The notes beneath the pieces were generated by a model. The model searched no databases and had not been told where the DNA came from. It saw only the letters and a list, made by a program, of their open reading frames with translations. 64,000 nt of DNA from Alphaproteobacteria bacterium (GTDB lineage Bacteria > Pseudomonadota > Alphaproteobacteria > SPJN01). The stretch is from positions 30,303-94,302 of the forward strand of contig CBDDFN010000003.1 of the NCBI GenBank assembly GCA_965227065.1, in the 5' to 3' direction. The translations under genes and the position numbers were made by a program. Below, piece after piece: positions 11,391 to 21,741 of the stretch. Within the stretch, counting starts at the first letter, position 1; every line of letters begins with the position of its first letter.

Positions 11391-11768
11391 TCAAGCGGAT
11401 TGAAGAATTTCGATCACCTGGGGGTCGGAGAGGAAACGGCGCAAAACTTCTGAGATCGGCGCGTTCAGCTGATCCTCAAATTCGCCGAACTTGCCATGCG
11501 ATTCCGCATAGTCGATCCGATTGCGGTAAACTTCCTGTCCTGACCGGACAATCGTGAAGGTGATCGACAAGCTCCATTCAGAGGTAAAGCCCAGATCGCC
11601 GACGCGGAATTTGTTGATTGTTCCACCAATGATAGGGTCGTTGCCCTCACCCACCGTCACACCACCGCGCTGTAATTCGGCCACCATGGCATTGCGAATG
11701 TAAGCAGCAACCGGCGTATCGATTTTGACCGCTCCGACCGCGCTGTTATTGATCTGATTTTCGCTCAC
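11391..11768 (-). CDS. YajG-like fold hypothetical protein lacking a signal peptide (paralog of 11862-12371)
   Basis: NQINNSAVG...VAAYIRNAMVAEL...GGTINKFRVGDLG...FLSDPQV aligns with neighbour; GTG start. Confidence 0.6.
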   Translation of the reverse strand: MSENQINNSAVGAVKIDTPVAAYIRNAMVAELQRGGVTVGEGNDPIIGGTINKFRVGDLGFTSEWSLSITFTIVRSGQEVYRNRIDYAESHGKFGEFEDQLNAPISEVLRRFLSDPQVIEILQSA

Positions 11769-11861
11769 TTCGCCGGCAACAAACGGCTCATAAACAAAAG
11801 TGCGCAGGCCATACAGTCCCTCACACTCCGGTCAAGCGTGGGCCTCCGCAATCAGCGAACC

Positions 11862-12371
11862 TTAGTCCCCCGCCGCATAAAACAGCGCGAGGGCTTTCGG
11901 GTCTTCGAGGAAATCCTCGATCAGCTCTTCCATCATGCGGCTGACAGGCTCGGCCACTTGCAAGACGGTGCGCGGATAGGTGAGGTCCGACTTATAGGTC
12001 TCAGAAAAGATTTCTCCATCCGCTTTCTTCACTGAGAAACGGACCTTCATGAGCCCGGTGAGCGAGCTGTCAATCTCATCGACCCACAAGGTATCAATCC
12101 GGCTGTGAATAGAAAGCGCCGCATCGGCGCTTTGGGGTATGTCCCGGTCTTTGAGGCCCCTCCGCAAATGCTCAGCGAGATACTCTGCAATATCGACGCT
12201 CAAATTAGCGGGTGGACCGATCGACCGGCGCACCTGATGGGGCCTGACCCGGCCGTTTTCGGCCGCCTGGTAGACGACCGGCCCGATGGCGATTTCAGCG
12301 CGCGCTGGTGGTGCTGCAAACTCTGTGGCGCTGAACACAATCGCTGCAATGGCTAAAATACTGTGGCGCAA
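11862..12371 (-). CDS. Exported hypothetical protein, YajG-like fold
   Basis: Signal peptide MRHSILAIAAIVFS...ARA; C-terminal LIEDFLEDPKAL. Confidence 0.7.
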   Translation of the reverse strand: MRHSILAIAAIVFSATEFAAPPARAEIAIGPVVYQAAENGRVRPHQVRRSIGPPANLSVDIAEYLAEHLRRGLKDRDIPQSADAALSIHSRIDTLWVDEIDSSLTGLMKVRFSVKKADGEIFSETYKSDLTYPRTVLQVAEPVSRMMEELIEDFLEDPKALALFYAAGD

Positions 12372-12469
12372 ATCATTTCTCCTTTGCGCCCCCTCCCGTC
12401 AGCATATTGAAACCCGCCCCGGCCCGGTTCCGCAACCCACCTCACCAAAGCGTGTTTGAACAAATCTGA

Positions 12470-12497
12470 TTGACACTAAACGAACGTTTAGTAAGCT
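12470..12497 (+). promoter_or_regulatory. sigma70 promoter with a palindromic TetR operator in the spacer
   Basis: TTGACA (12470-12475)-N16-TAAGCT (12492-12497); perfect inverted repeat ACTAAACG-AA-CGTTTAGT at 12475-12492; ATG 7 nt after the -10 with no SD. Confidence 0.75.
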
Positions 12498-12504
12498 TTT
12501 CCCC

Positions 12505-13122
12505 ATGAGACCGCTGACACCGATTCCCCGCGCGCATATGCTCAACACGGCAGCTGAGCTGTTTGCCACCCATGGCTATGCAGCAACCTCAATGCGCAAG
12601 CTGGCCACCGCGCTTGGCATTACGCCCGCCGCGCTCTACCACCATTTCGCTTCCAAAGACGCGCTCTATGATGCGGTGCTGGAAGCAACCTTTCGCGCAC
12701 CGGCTGAACCCATGGCGGCGGTGCTGGCCGCGCCGGGCCCCGATGCGCAAAAGCTGCGTGCGCTGATCCGGCTGGGGATCGATATGATTGAGGCTCACCC
12801 GGTCGGCGTGCGCCTGATGCGCCGGGAATTGATGGAAAATGATCCCAGCCGCCTGCACCGCGTTCTGGATGAGAATTTCAACGCCCCGCTGACGCTGATG
12901 CTGGGCTTTATCGGACGGCTGTTTGACGATCATGACCCGATCCTGGTGACCGGCGCAATCGGCTCGCTGTTGCTGGGCTTTTATGAACTGCGCCCCATCC
13001 AGAAAAGCTTGACAGGCGGCGCGCCCCTGCCCGGCCCCGAGGCACTGACCGACACAATCGTTTCTCTCATCGAGAACGGCTTTCCCAAAAAACAAACCCA
13101 ACAGAAGGCAAACCGACAATGA
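12505..13122 (+). CDS. TetR/AcrR family transcriptional regulator
   Basis: AAELFATHGYAATSMRKLATALGITPAALYHHFASKDALY helix-turn-helix. Confidence 0.95.
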   Translation: MRPLTPIPRAHMLNTAAELFATHGYAATSMRKLATALGITPAALYHHFASKDALYDAVLEATFRAPAEPMAAVLAAPGPDAQKLRALIRLGIDMIEAHPVGVRLMRRELMENDPSRLHRVLDENFNAPLTLMLGFIGRLFDDHDPILVTGAIGSLLLGFYELRPIQKSLTGGAPLPGPEALTDTIVSLIENGFPKKQTQQKANRQ

Positions 13123-14372
13123 GCACTGTGCACCCCAAACGCCCCGGCCATTTCAAAAAACGCGAATTCGGCTTTTTCACCCATCGCAATGCCCGGATCG
13201 TCAAGCTGTTGACCGGCGCCAATATTGAACCGACCGAAAAACATTATGATGATTATGCGCGCATGTGCTGGGAGGGTGATCCGCTGGCCGATGCGGTGGT
13301 GGACTGGTTCCGCGAGGTGAGTTTCGTCAAAGGCCGGGCGATGATCGAACAGGCGCTCGACCACGGGATTGAGAGCCTCGACAATCCCCCGCAATGTCTG
13401 ATCGATCTGTTTGCCCAGGTGGACAAGGACCCCTTCTGGCTTGACCGTGACCTGCTGGCTGAAGGCGCACAGGCCATTCACCGCTCCGGCCCGCTTGGCC
13501 TGTTCGTGCTGGGCGACATTGCGCTGATGGGCGGCTATGCCATTTCAAGCGTGATGAACAAATCGCTCGTCTTCACCGGGGCGCTGGAAGACAACAGCCA
13601 GGGCCGTCTGGCCGAAACCGGCAAATGGTGGATGGATGTTACATCCGAAGGCGGGCTTGACCGCTTTGGCAAAGGCACCCGCACCACCGTGCTGGTGCGC
13701 ATCATGCACGCCATGGTGCGGATGCGCCTCAGAAAGCATGAGGGCTGGGATTTTGAAGAGTTGGGCATGCCGATCAGTCAGGCCCACATGCTCTCCACCA
13801 ATATGGCCTTTGGCGTTTTGTTCATCCAGATGACCAATATTCTGGGCGTGCGCTATTCCAAACGCGAGCGCAAGGCGATGATGCATTTGTGGCGCTATGC
13901 CGGCATGCTGGGCGGCATTGATGAAGCCTATAATTTTGAAAGCGAAGTTGAGGGTCTGCGCGTCTTGTGGCTGTCGGCGACGAGCCAGCCGCCTGCTGAT
14001 GAAGACGCGATAGCGCTTGCCAATGCGCTTTTGGATGTCTCGCCTTTTGAAGGCATTGGCGGGCGCTATGAGCAGCGCCTCAAAGACGCGGTCATCGGCC
14101 TGCGTCTGGGCCTCACCCAGATGGGCGGCCCTGGAATGCTGCGCGATCTTCAATTGCCTGCCGACAAAGCCTGGCGCTGGTCGCCTTTGGCTATTCGAGC
14201 CGGCTTTACTGCACTCGAACTCGGCCGCGCGGTCATTCCCGGCGGCAAGCGGCTTCAGGCCAAAGTGGGCCGGGGCATTCTCGATGCCATGCAAAATGCC
14301 CGCCCGCGCGAGGAAGCCAAGTTCAAGCCCGTCGATGACCTCAAGCATGATGTGAAAATGGCAGCGGAGTGA
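13119..14372 (+). CDS. MpaB/Lcp-like (DUF2236) heme oxygenase family protein
   Basis: LVFTGALE...GRLAETGKWW, VRIMHAMVR, GMPISQAHM, HLWRYAGMLGGI; ATGA overlap with tetR. Confidence 0.85.
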   Translation: MSTVHPKRPGHFKKREFGFFTHRNARIVKLLTGANIEPTEKHYDDYARMCWEGDPLADAVVDWFREVSFVKGRAMIEQALDHGIESLDNPPQCLIDLFAQVDKDPFWLDRDLLAEGAQAIHRSGPLGLFVLGDIALMGGYAISSVMNKSLVFTGALEDNSQGRLAETGKWWMDVTSEGGLDRFGKGTRTTVLVRIMHAMVRMRLRKHEGWDFEELGMPISQAHMLSTNMAFGVLFIQMTNILGVRYSKRERKAMMHLWRYAGMLGGIDEAYNFESEVEGLRVLWLSATSQPPADEDAIALANALLDVSPFEGIGGRYEQRLKDAVIGLRLGLTQMGGPGMLRDLQLPADKAWRWSPLAIRAGFTALELGRAVIPGGKRLQAKVGRGILDAMQNARPREEAKFKPVDDLKHDVKMAAE

Positions 14373-14403
14373 ATAAGGCGTTTGTCGCGCTACTGCCCAT
14401 AAT

Positions 14404-14448
14404 CGTCATCCCGGATGTCGGGTCTGTTGACCCTCCTCCGGGGTGACG
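14404..14448. repeat. Short palindromic element (GTCATCCCGG family)
   Basis: CGTCATCCCGGA...TCCGGGGTGACG inverted repeat between convergent genes. Confidence 0.6.
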
Positions 14449-14461
14449 GTTGGTGATGCGA

Positions 14462-15058
14462 TCAGCGCTCGTAAAAACCCTCAGGCACTTCATCTTCCTT
14501 GAGCTGATAAGGTGCGGTGCCAAGCTCAAGATTGAAGATATCGCCCTTGCGCATGGCGCGCAGATAGCCGATTTCGCCCTCGGCTTCGATACACTCCCAC
14601 TCTTCCTCGCCCTGGCTGAGCGCGCTTCTGGGCAGGGTCCGGCAAAAGAAGATGCCGTCGATCCGCCACTTTGTGCGCTTGATGGTGAATTGCTTGGCCC
14701 GCCAATGATAAGTCACACCATTGGGCGCGTAATAATTGACCTCAAGCCCGCGCACCGGATCATCGCGCAAGGCGGTGTTGCCGGCAAACAAGGCCGTCAC
14801 ATCATCGATATAATCCGACATGGTGCCTTTGAAGGTTTCATAGCGGCGAATGGCGACGACATCGCCATTGTCAGACCGGCAAAAGCGCGTCCAGCGAAAC
14901 TCACCATGCCGCGCAATCTCCTGATTGGCCAGCGCAAGCACGGCATCGCAGGTCATATCGGTTGTCGGATCAAGGCTGGTGGGACGCAATTCAGGTTCTT
15001 CATATCCCGGCACGCACGCCCCAAGCGCCAGCACAATGACAATCAAAAAACGCATCAT
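14462..15058 (-). CDS. Hypothetical lipoprotein
   Basis: MMRFLIVIVLALGA-C lipobox; start overlaps the VOC gene stop. Confidence 0.75.
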   Translation of the reverse strand: MMRFLIVIVLALGACVPGYEEPELRPTSLDPTTDMTCDAVLALANQEIARHGEFRWTRFCRSDNGDVVAIRRYETFKGTMSDYIDDVTALFAGNTALRDDPVRGLEVNYYAPNGVTYHWRAKQFTIKRTKWRIDGIFFCRTLPRSALSQGEEEWECIEAEGEIGYLRAMRKGDIFNLELGTAPYQLKEDEVPEGFYER

Positions 15059-15537
15059 TCCGAATAGCTCAATCCCATGGCCTTCATGGCAAACCGGTCC
15101 CACTTGTCCGGCAGCACCGTCTTATCACGCTGACGGAAGCTCCAAACATGGCCTTCAAGGTCGCGGGCGGCATAGACAATATCGCCGTAAAATTGCTCGG
15201 CGGGTTCGCTCAACACCTCACCGCCCTCACGCAAGGTGCGGCGGAAATGTTTGAGCGCGTCGCGCACCTGAACATCAAGCATGACATTGATCTTGCCGGC
15301 ATTGGATGCGGGGCTGACCGTATAGTCCGCCCATTGGGTGCGGCCCACCGCAATCACGCCCGACCCGGTATGCAACTCGCCATGGGCAATGGTGCCGTCA
15401 CGTTCTGAGACGCGAAACATTTCTTCAAACCCGTAGGTGCGAGTGAGATAGTCCATCGCCCGGTTGGGATCGTCATACAGAACAAAGACCCGCACCCCCA
15501 GCCGGGGGCCATGCGGATTTGACTTGCTGTTCGCCAT
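15055..15537 (-). CDS. VOC/glyoxalase/bleomycin-resistance (PhnB-like) protein
   Basis: YDDPNRAMDYLTRTYGF, HGELHTG, EQFYGD...RDLEGHVWSF; SD GGGGGAG. Confidence 0.85.
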   Translation of the reverse strand: MANSKSNPHGPRLGVRVFVLYDDPNRAMDYLTRTYGFEEMFRVSERDGTIAHGELHTGSGVIAVGRTQWADYTVSPASNAGKINVMLDVQVRDALKHFRRTLREGGEVLSEPAEQFYGDIVYAARDLEGHVWSFRQRDKTVLPDKWDRFAMKAMGLSYSE

Positions 15538-15580
15538 CGTCTCCCCCTTTTGAAGGGGCGAGGTTAACCATGTCCGGCGC

Positions 15581-15617
15581 AAAAACGAAAGGGGTGCCGC
15601 TTGCACAGCACCCCTTT
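15581..15617 (-). terminator. Terminator of the ilv operon
   Basis: AAAGGGGTGC-N10-GCACCCCTTT with a T-rich tail on the - strand. Confidence 0.7.
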
Positions 15618-15627
15618 CTTGTCATTT

Positions 15628-15747
15628 GTCATTCCGGAATTTCGCATTCGCGAAATATCCGGAATCTGATGTCGTCAAAATCCGTGCCACGGTCAGATTC
15701 CGGGTTCCCTCCTTTGCCCGACGGGCTTCGGAGCGCCCCGGAATGAC
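15628..15747. repeat. MITE/REP-like palindromic element, 120 bp
   Basis: Terminal inverted repeats GTCATTCCGG/CCGGAATGAC; internal CCGGAATTTCGC-ATTC-GCGAAATATCCGG. Confidence 0.8.
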
Positions 15748-15758
15748 GGGCGGCCGGT

Positions 15759-17340
<1,582 letters not shown>

Positions 17341-17345
17341 ACTCC

Positions 17346-19109
17346 TTAGACCAGCGCTTTGCCCTCTTCCGACACTTCAGTGCCAGAGAGGCCGGCTTCG
17401 TCCGCCAAAATCATTTCATTGTGGGCAGCGCCGGACGGCACCATCGGATAGCAGTTCTCATCCTTGGTGACGACGCAGTCGAACAAGACAGGCTTGTCAA
17501 CGCTGATCATCTCCTTGATCGCCTCATCAAGCTTGGCGGGGTCGGAACAGCGGATGCCGTGGGCGCCGTAAGCCTCAGCCAGTTTGACAAAGTCGGGCAG
17601 TGCCTCGGAATAGCTTTCAGAATAGCGCCCGCCATGCAGCAATTCCTGCCACTGGCGCACCATGCCCATATATTCATTGTTCAGGATGAAAATCTTGATC
17701 GGCAGCCGGTACTGAACCGCCGCCGACATTTCCTGCATGGTCATCTGGACCGAGGCTTCACCGGCAATGTCGATCACAAGCGCGTCGGGATGGGCGGTTT
17801 GAATGCCGAGCGCGGCGGGCAAGCCATAGCCCATGGTGCCAAGCCCGCCCGATGTCATCCAGCGGTTGGGTTCGTCAAAATGGAAATATTGCGCCGCCCA
17901 CATCTGATGCTGGCCAACTTCGGTGGAGATATAACAATCCTTGCCGCGGGTCAGTTCAAACAGACGCTCAATCGCATATTGCGGTTTGATCTGGGCGGTG
18001 TCCTTTTTGTACTCAAGGCACGCGCGCGCCCGCCAGATATCGATCTGACGCCACCAATCTTCAATGGCCGATTTGTCGGTCTGCTTGGCCGATGATTTCC
18101 ACAACCGGATCATGTCTTCCAGAACATGGGCGACATCGCCGATAATCGGGATATCAACCTGAATATTCTTGTTGATGGAGCTGGGATCGATGTCGATATG
18201 GATTTTCTTCGAGCCCGGCGAGAACGCATCAAGCCGCCCGGTCACCCGGTCGTCGAACCGCGCGCCGATGCAAACCATGACGTCACAATCATGCATGGCA
18301 TTGTTGGCTTCATAGGTGCCGTGCATGCCCAGCATGCCCAGCCATTGCTTGTTCGACGCGGGAAACCCGCCCAAGCCCATCAGGGTTGAGGTGACGGGGA
18401 AGCCCGTCAGCTTGGCAAGCTCCCGCAACAGCTGGCTGGCAACAGGCCCTGAATTGATGACGCCGCCGCCGGTGTACAGGATCGGCTTTTTGGCTCCGGC
18501 CATGAGCTCAACGGCTTTGCGGATCTGGTCGACATCGCCTTTGACGCGCGGCTTGTAGGTCTTGTGCTTGACCTCATGAGGCGCGCGATAGTCAGCCTTT
18601 TCAAACTGGATGTCCTTGGGGATATCGACAACGACGGGACCGGGACGGCCATGGGTCGCGACATAAAACGCATCATGCATGACACGCGCCAGATCGTTGG
18701 GTTCCTTGACCAGCCAATTGTGCTTGGTGCAGGGCCGGGTGATGCCGACCGTGTCCGCCTCTTGAAAGGCGTCATTGCCGATCAGATGGGTCGCAACCTG
18801 GCCGGTTAGACAGACGATCGGGATCGAATCCATCAAGGCATCGGTGAGGCCCGTGACCGCATTGGTCGCGCCGGGGCCTGAGGTGACCAGCACAACGCCG
18901 GGCTTGCCGGTCGAGCGCGCATAGCCCTCGGCGGCGTGAACCGCGCCTTGTTCATGGCGGACCAGAATGTGGCGGATTTCGTTTTGCTGGAACAAAACAT
19001 CATAGATCGGCAGGACGGCACCGCCGGGATAGCCAAATACCGTGTCTACGCCTTGATCCTTCAAGGCTTTCAACACAATTTCTGCTCCGGTCATTTGCGC
19101 GGCTGTCAT
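17346..19109 (-). CDS. ilvI: Acetolactate synthase large subunit
   Basis: FGYPGGAVL, VRHEQGA, TSGPGATN, GQHQMWAAQ, SGGLGTMGYG, LNNEYMGMVRQWQ. Confidence 0.98.
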   Translation of the reverse strand: MTAAQMTGAEIVLKALKDQGVDTVFGYPGGAVLPIYDVLFQQNEIRHILVRHEQGAVHAAEGYARSTGKPGVVLVTSGPGATNAVTGLTDALMDSIPIVCLTGQVATHLIGNDAFQEADTVGITRPCTKHNWLVKEPNDLARVMHDAFYVATHGRPGPVVVDIPKDIQFEKADYRAPHEVKHKTYKPRVKGDVDQIRKAVELMAGAKKPILYTGGGVINSGPVASQLLRELAKLTGFPVTSTLMGLGGFPASNKQWLGMLGMHGTYEANNAMHDCDVMVCIGARFDDRVTGRLDAFSPGSKKIHIDIDPSSINKNIQVDIPIIGDVAHVLEDMIRLWKSSAKQTDKSAIEDWWRQIDIWRARACLEYKKDTAQIKPQYAIERLFELTRGKDCYISTEVGQHQMWAAQYFHFDEPNRWMTSGGLGTMGYGLPAALGIQTAHPDALVIDIAGEASVQMTMQEMSAAVQYRLPIKIFILNNEYMGMVRQWQELLHGGRYSESYSEALPDFVKLAEAYGAHGIRCSDPAKLDEAIKEMISVDKPVLFDCVVTKDENCYPMVPSGAAHNEMILADEAGLSGTEVSEEGKALV

Positions 19110-19200
19110 GGCTCCGCCCCTTCTCTACCAACACTCACGAAAACAAACGCCCCGCCAGCGGGGTCACCGCTGTGGACGAGGCGTCCTTCAGATGGCGCGC

Positions 19201-19229
19201 ACCCTACGGGCTCGGATTCAGGGAATCAA
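19201..19229 (-). promoter_or_regulatory. Candidate ilvI promoter overlapping the miaA stop
   Basis: TTGATT-N17-TAGGGT on - strand; two GANTC sites (19215, 19223) inside it. Confidence 0.45.
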
Positions 19230-20180
19230 CCCCTTCTCGTCAATTTTCGATAACAAAATGTCGCAACTTGTTTTCATTTGTTGCGCATTTAGCATCTCCC
19301 ACGAAATCATCTGATTCCGTATCCAGGTCAGCTGGCGTTTGGCATAACGCCGCGTTTCCCGCTTGGCGGTCTCGATCGCTTCGGCTTCATCCATCGCGCC
19401 GGTCAGCGCCTTGACAAGCTGCGGCACACCCAGGGCCCGCATGGCCGGCAAACGGGGATCAAAGCCCGCCTCGTGCAAGCTGCGTACCTCGTCCCATGCC
19501 CCGTTTTGGAGCATCAAATCAAAGCGCTCGTCACAGCGGGCATAAAGCCAGTCCCGCTGAGGCACAAGGGCGGCTTTCACCAGGCGCGCACCCGACAATG
19601 GCCCCGGCACAGTCTGGGCCTGCCAGTCAGCGAGTGAGCGGCCTGTCGCTGTCATAACCGACCAGGCCCGCAATACGCGAAGCTGGTCATTTTCTTCAAG
19701 CCGCGCGGCCATGCCCGGATCAATCGCGGCAAGCCGCTTGTGCAATGCGGGCGCGCCTTCGCCGTCAATGATAGCTTGACCCTCATCAATCAATGCAAGG
19801 GAAACCGGCGGGGTCGGCGCAAGCCCCTCGGTCAGGCTGCGAAAATAAAGCCCGGTGCCGCCGACAATCAGCGGCACCACGCCCTCGTCCCACAATGTGT
19901 GCAGCACTGGCGTGGTCAGTTCGACATAGCGTCCCGCCGATCCGGCATCGGCCACAGACAGCACGCCATAAAGATGATGCGGCGCATGGGCGTGATCCCG
20001 GGCAGACGGCGATGCCGCCAGAACCGGAATTTCCCGGTAAATCTGCATGGCATCACAATTGACGATAGCTGATTTAACGCCGCGTTCACCAAGCGCGTCA
20101 TAAAGCCCAAGGGCAAGCGCCGACTTGCCGCTCGCCGTCGGGCCTGCAATAAGAACAGCCATCGAATCATTTCGTTCCAT
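19218..20180 (-). CDS. miaA: tRNA dimethylallyltransferase
   Basis: IAGPTASGKS, NCDAMQIY, VGGTGLY, TRRYAKRQLTW; start could be 20162. Confidence 0.97.
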   Translation of the reverse strand: MERNDSMAVLIAGPTASGKSALALGLYDALGERGVKSAIVNCDAMQIYREIPVLAASPSARDHAHAPHHLYGVLSVADAGSAGRYVELTTPVLHTLWDEGVVPLIVGGTGLYFRSLTEGLAPTPPVSLALIDEGQAIIDGEGAPALHKRLAAIDPGMAARLEENDQLRVLRAWSVMTATGRSLADWQAQTVPGPLSGARLVKAALVPQRDWLYARCDERFDLMLQNGAWDEVRSLHEAGFDPRLPAMRALGVPQLVKALTGAMDEAEAIETAKRETRRYAKRQLTWIRNQMISWEMLNAQQMKTSCDILLSKIDEKGLIP

Positions 20181-20209
20181 CCCCCCTTATAGACTGTGGA
20201 TTCTGAAAT

Positions 20210-21106
20210 ATGGACCTTGTGCTGACCTTGATTGCGCCAGAGGGCGCGCTTCAGTCTGAAGCCATCGACCAGGCGCGCGCGATCATTGAGGATCTGGGCG
20301 GCACGGTGGGCCGGACAGGTTGGCTGAAGGAAAACACAGCCGCCGATATTTTGTTTGAACATGCCCCGCTCAACGGGGTGGAAACAAAGATGCGCGCCGC
20401 TGTGCCGGAGATTGATTTGCTGGCGCAGAACGCCCATCCCGATGGCCGCAAGAAGCAGCTTCTGATCGCCGATATGGATTCGACCATTATCCCGGTCGAA
20501 TGTCTTGATGAATTGGCCGACTTTGCCGATCTCAAACCGCAAATTTCAGCGATCACCGAACGCGCCATGCGCGGCGAGCTTGATTTCGAGGCCGCCCTTG
20601 ATGAGCGGATTGGCCTGCTGGCCCAGCATGGCCTGGGTGAGGATGCCTTGCAGGCCTGCTTTGACACGCGCATCAGCCTGTCGCCGGGCGCGGAAATGCT
20701 GGTCAAAACCATGCGCGCCCACGGGGCGGTGACCGCGCTTGTGTCGGGCGGCTTTACCTTCTTTACCGAACGGGTGGCCGAGCTTGCAGGCTTTGAACTC
20801 AACCGCGCCAATATTCTGGAATTTGATGGCGGGCTGCTGAAAAGCGTCGCCCGGCCCATTCTGGGCAAAGAGGCCAAGCGTGAGACACTGATCAAGCTGT
20901 GCGGCGAAGCCGGGCTCAGCACTGATCATGCGGTGGCCATCGGCGATGGCGCCAATGATCTTGCGATGATTGAAAAGGCGGGTCTGGGCGTTGCCTATCG
21001 CGCCAAGCCCGTGGTGGCAGAGGCGGCCCGCGCGCGTATCGATCACACCGACCTCACCACCTTGCTCTATTTCCAGGGCTATAAGGTGGGTGAGTTTGTG
21101 ACCTGA
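20210..21106 (+). CDS. serB: Phosphoserine phosphatase
   Basis: HAD motifs ADMDSTII, VSGGF, AIGDGANDLAMI; divergent from miaA. Confidence 0.96.
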   Translation: MDLVLTLIAPEGALQSEAIDQARAIIEDLGGTVGRTGWLKENTAADILFEHAPLNGVETKMRAAVPEIDLLAQNAHPDGRKKQLLIADMDSTIIPVECLDELADFADLKPQISAITERAMRGELDFEAALDERIGLLAQHGLGEDALQACFDTRISLSPGAEMLVKTMRAHGAVTALVSGGFTFFTERVAELAGFELNRANILEFDGGLLKSVARPILGKEAKRETLIKLCGEAGLSTDHAVAIGDGANDLAMIEKAGLGVAYRAKPVVAEAARARIDHTDLTTLLYFQGYKVGEFVT

Positions 21107-21107
21107 C

Positions 21108-21211
21108 CTCATCCCGGCCAAGGCGAAAGCCGCGAGCCGGGATCCAGAAAGCGGCACAGCCTATGAAATGTCTGGATCCCGGATATTTCACACGCGAAAT
21201 TCCGGGATGAC
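21108..21211. repeat. MITE/REP-like palindromic element, 104 bp, same family as 15628-15747 in opposite orientation
   Basis: CTCATCCCGG...CCGGGATGAC termini; reverse complement begins GTCATCCCGGAATTTCGC-GT-GTGAAATATCCGGGATCCAG. Confidence 0.8.
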
Positions 21212-21219
21212 GTACCCTC

Positions 21220-21741
21220 TTAGGAACAGTTCCGCTCAAACAGTCCGGTCTTCTTGTTTTCAGCAAATCCCATGGCGGCAAAGAAGGCACGGCCGGCCCT
21301 GTTGCCATGATCGGGGTCAGCGATGGCGGTACACGGGCCTTGCTCGATCACCAGCTCATCAAGCACCAGCCGCAGCGCCTCACCGCCAATGCCCTTGCGG
21401 CGATAATCGCGAATGGCGACGAACAGATCAACGCCCCAGGCCCCGTCGGGCGCCTTGCTCCACGGTCCCAAAGGCGCGCGGGAGACATCATAGCGCTGGA
21501 TATAACCGACCGGCTCGCCGTCACGTTCAATGATCAGGCGCACCAGCCACTGGGCGTTGAAGTCGCGGGCAATCTCTCCCATCCAGCTTGGCCCAAACCA
21601 GCGCGCGACCGAGCGGCGCTCAAACCACGACGCCAAAAGCGGCAGGTCCAGAATATGAACCTGCCGCACTGTCACCTGGCCCTGTGGGCCTTGTTTACTG
21701 GTCTTCGTCAAGCCGGAACGGAACGAAGCGCAAATCACCAC
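21220..21741 (-). CDS. GNAT acetyltransferase, AAC(6')-Ib/Acetyltransf_8-like
   Basis: DLPLLASWFERRSVARWFG, PVGYIQRY, GVDLFV...RRKGIG, ADPDHGNRA; start uncertain (GTG 21675 is an alternative). Confidence 0.8.
   Translation of the reverse strand: MVICASFRSGLTKTSKQGPQGQVTVRQVHILDLPLLASWFERRSVARWFGPSWMGEIARDFNAQWLVRLIIERDGEPVGYIQRYDVSRAPLGPWSKAPDGAWGVDLFVAIRDYRRKGIGGEALRLVLDELVIEQGPCTAIADPDHGNRAGRAFFAAMGFAENKKTGLFERNCS

Noticed and set aside
21220-21741. Acquired aminoglycoside resistance gene
   Set aside because: Only family-level similarity, host-like GC and no mobile context
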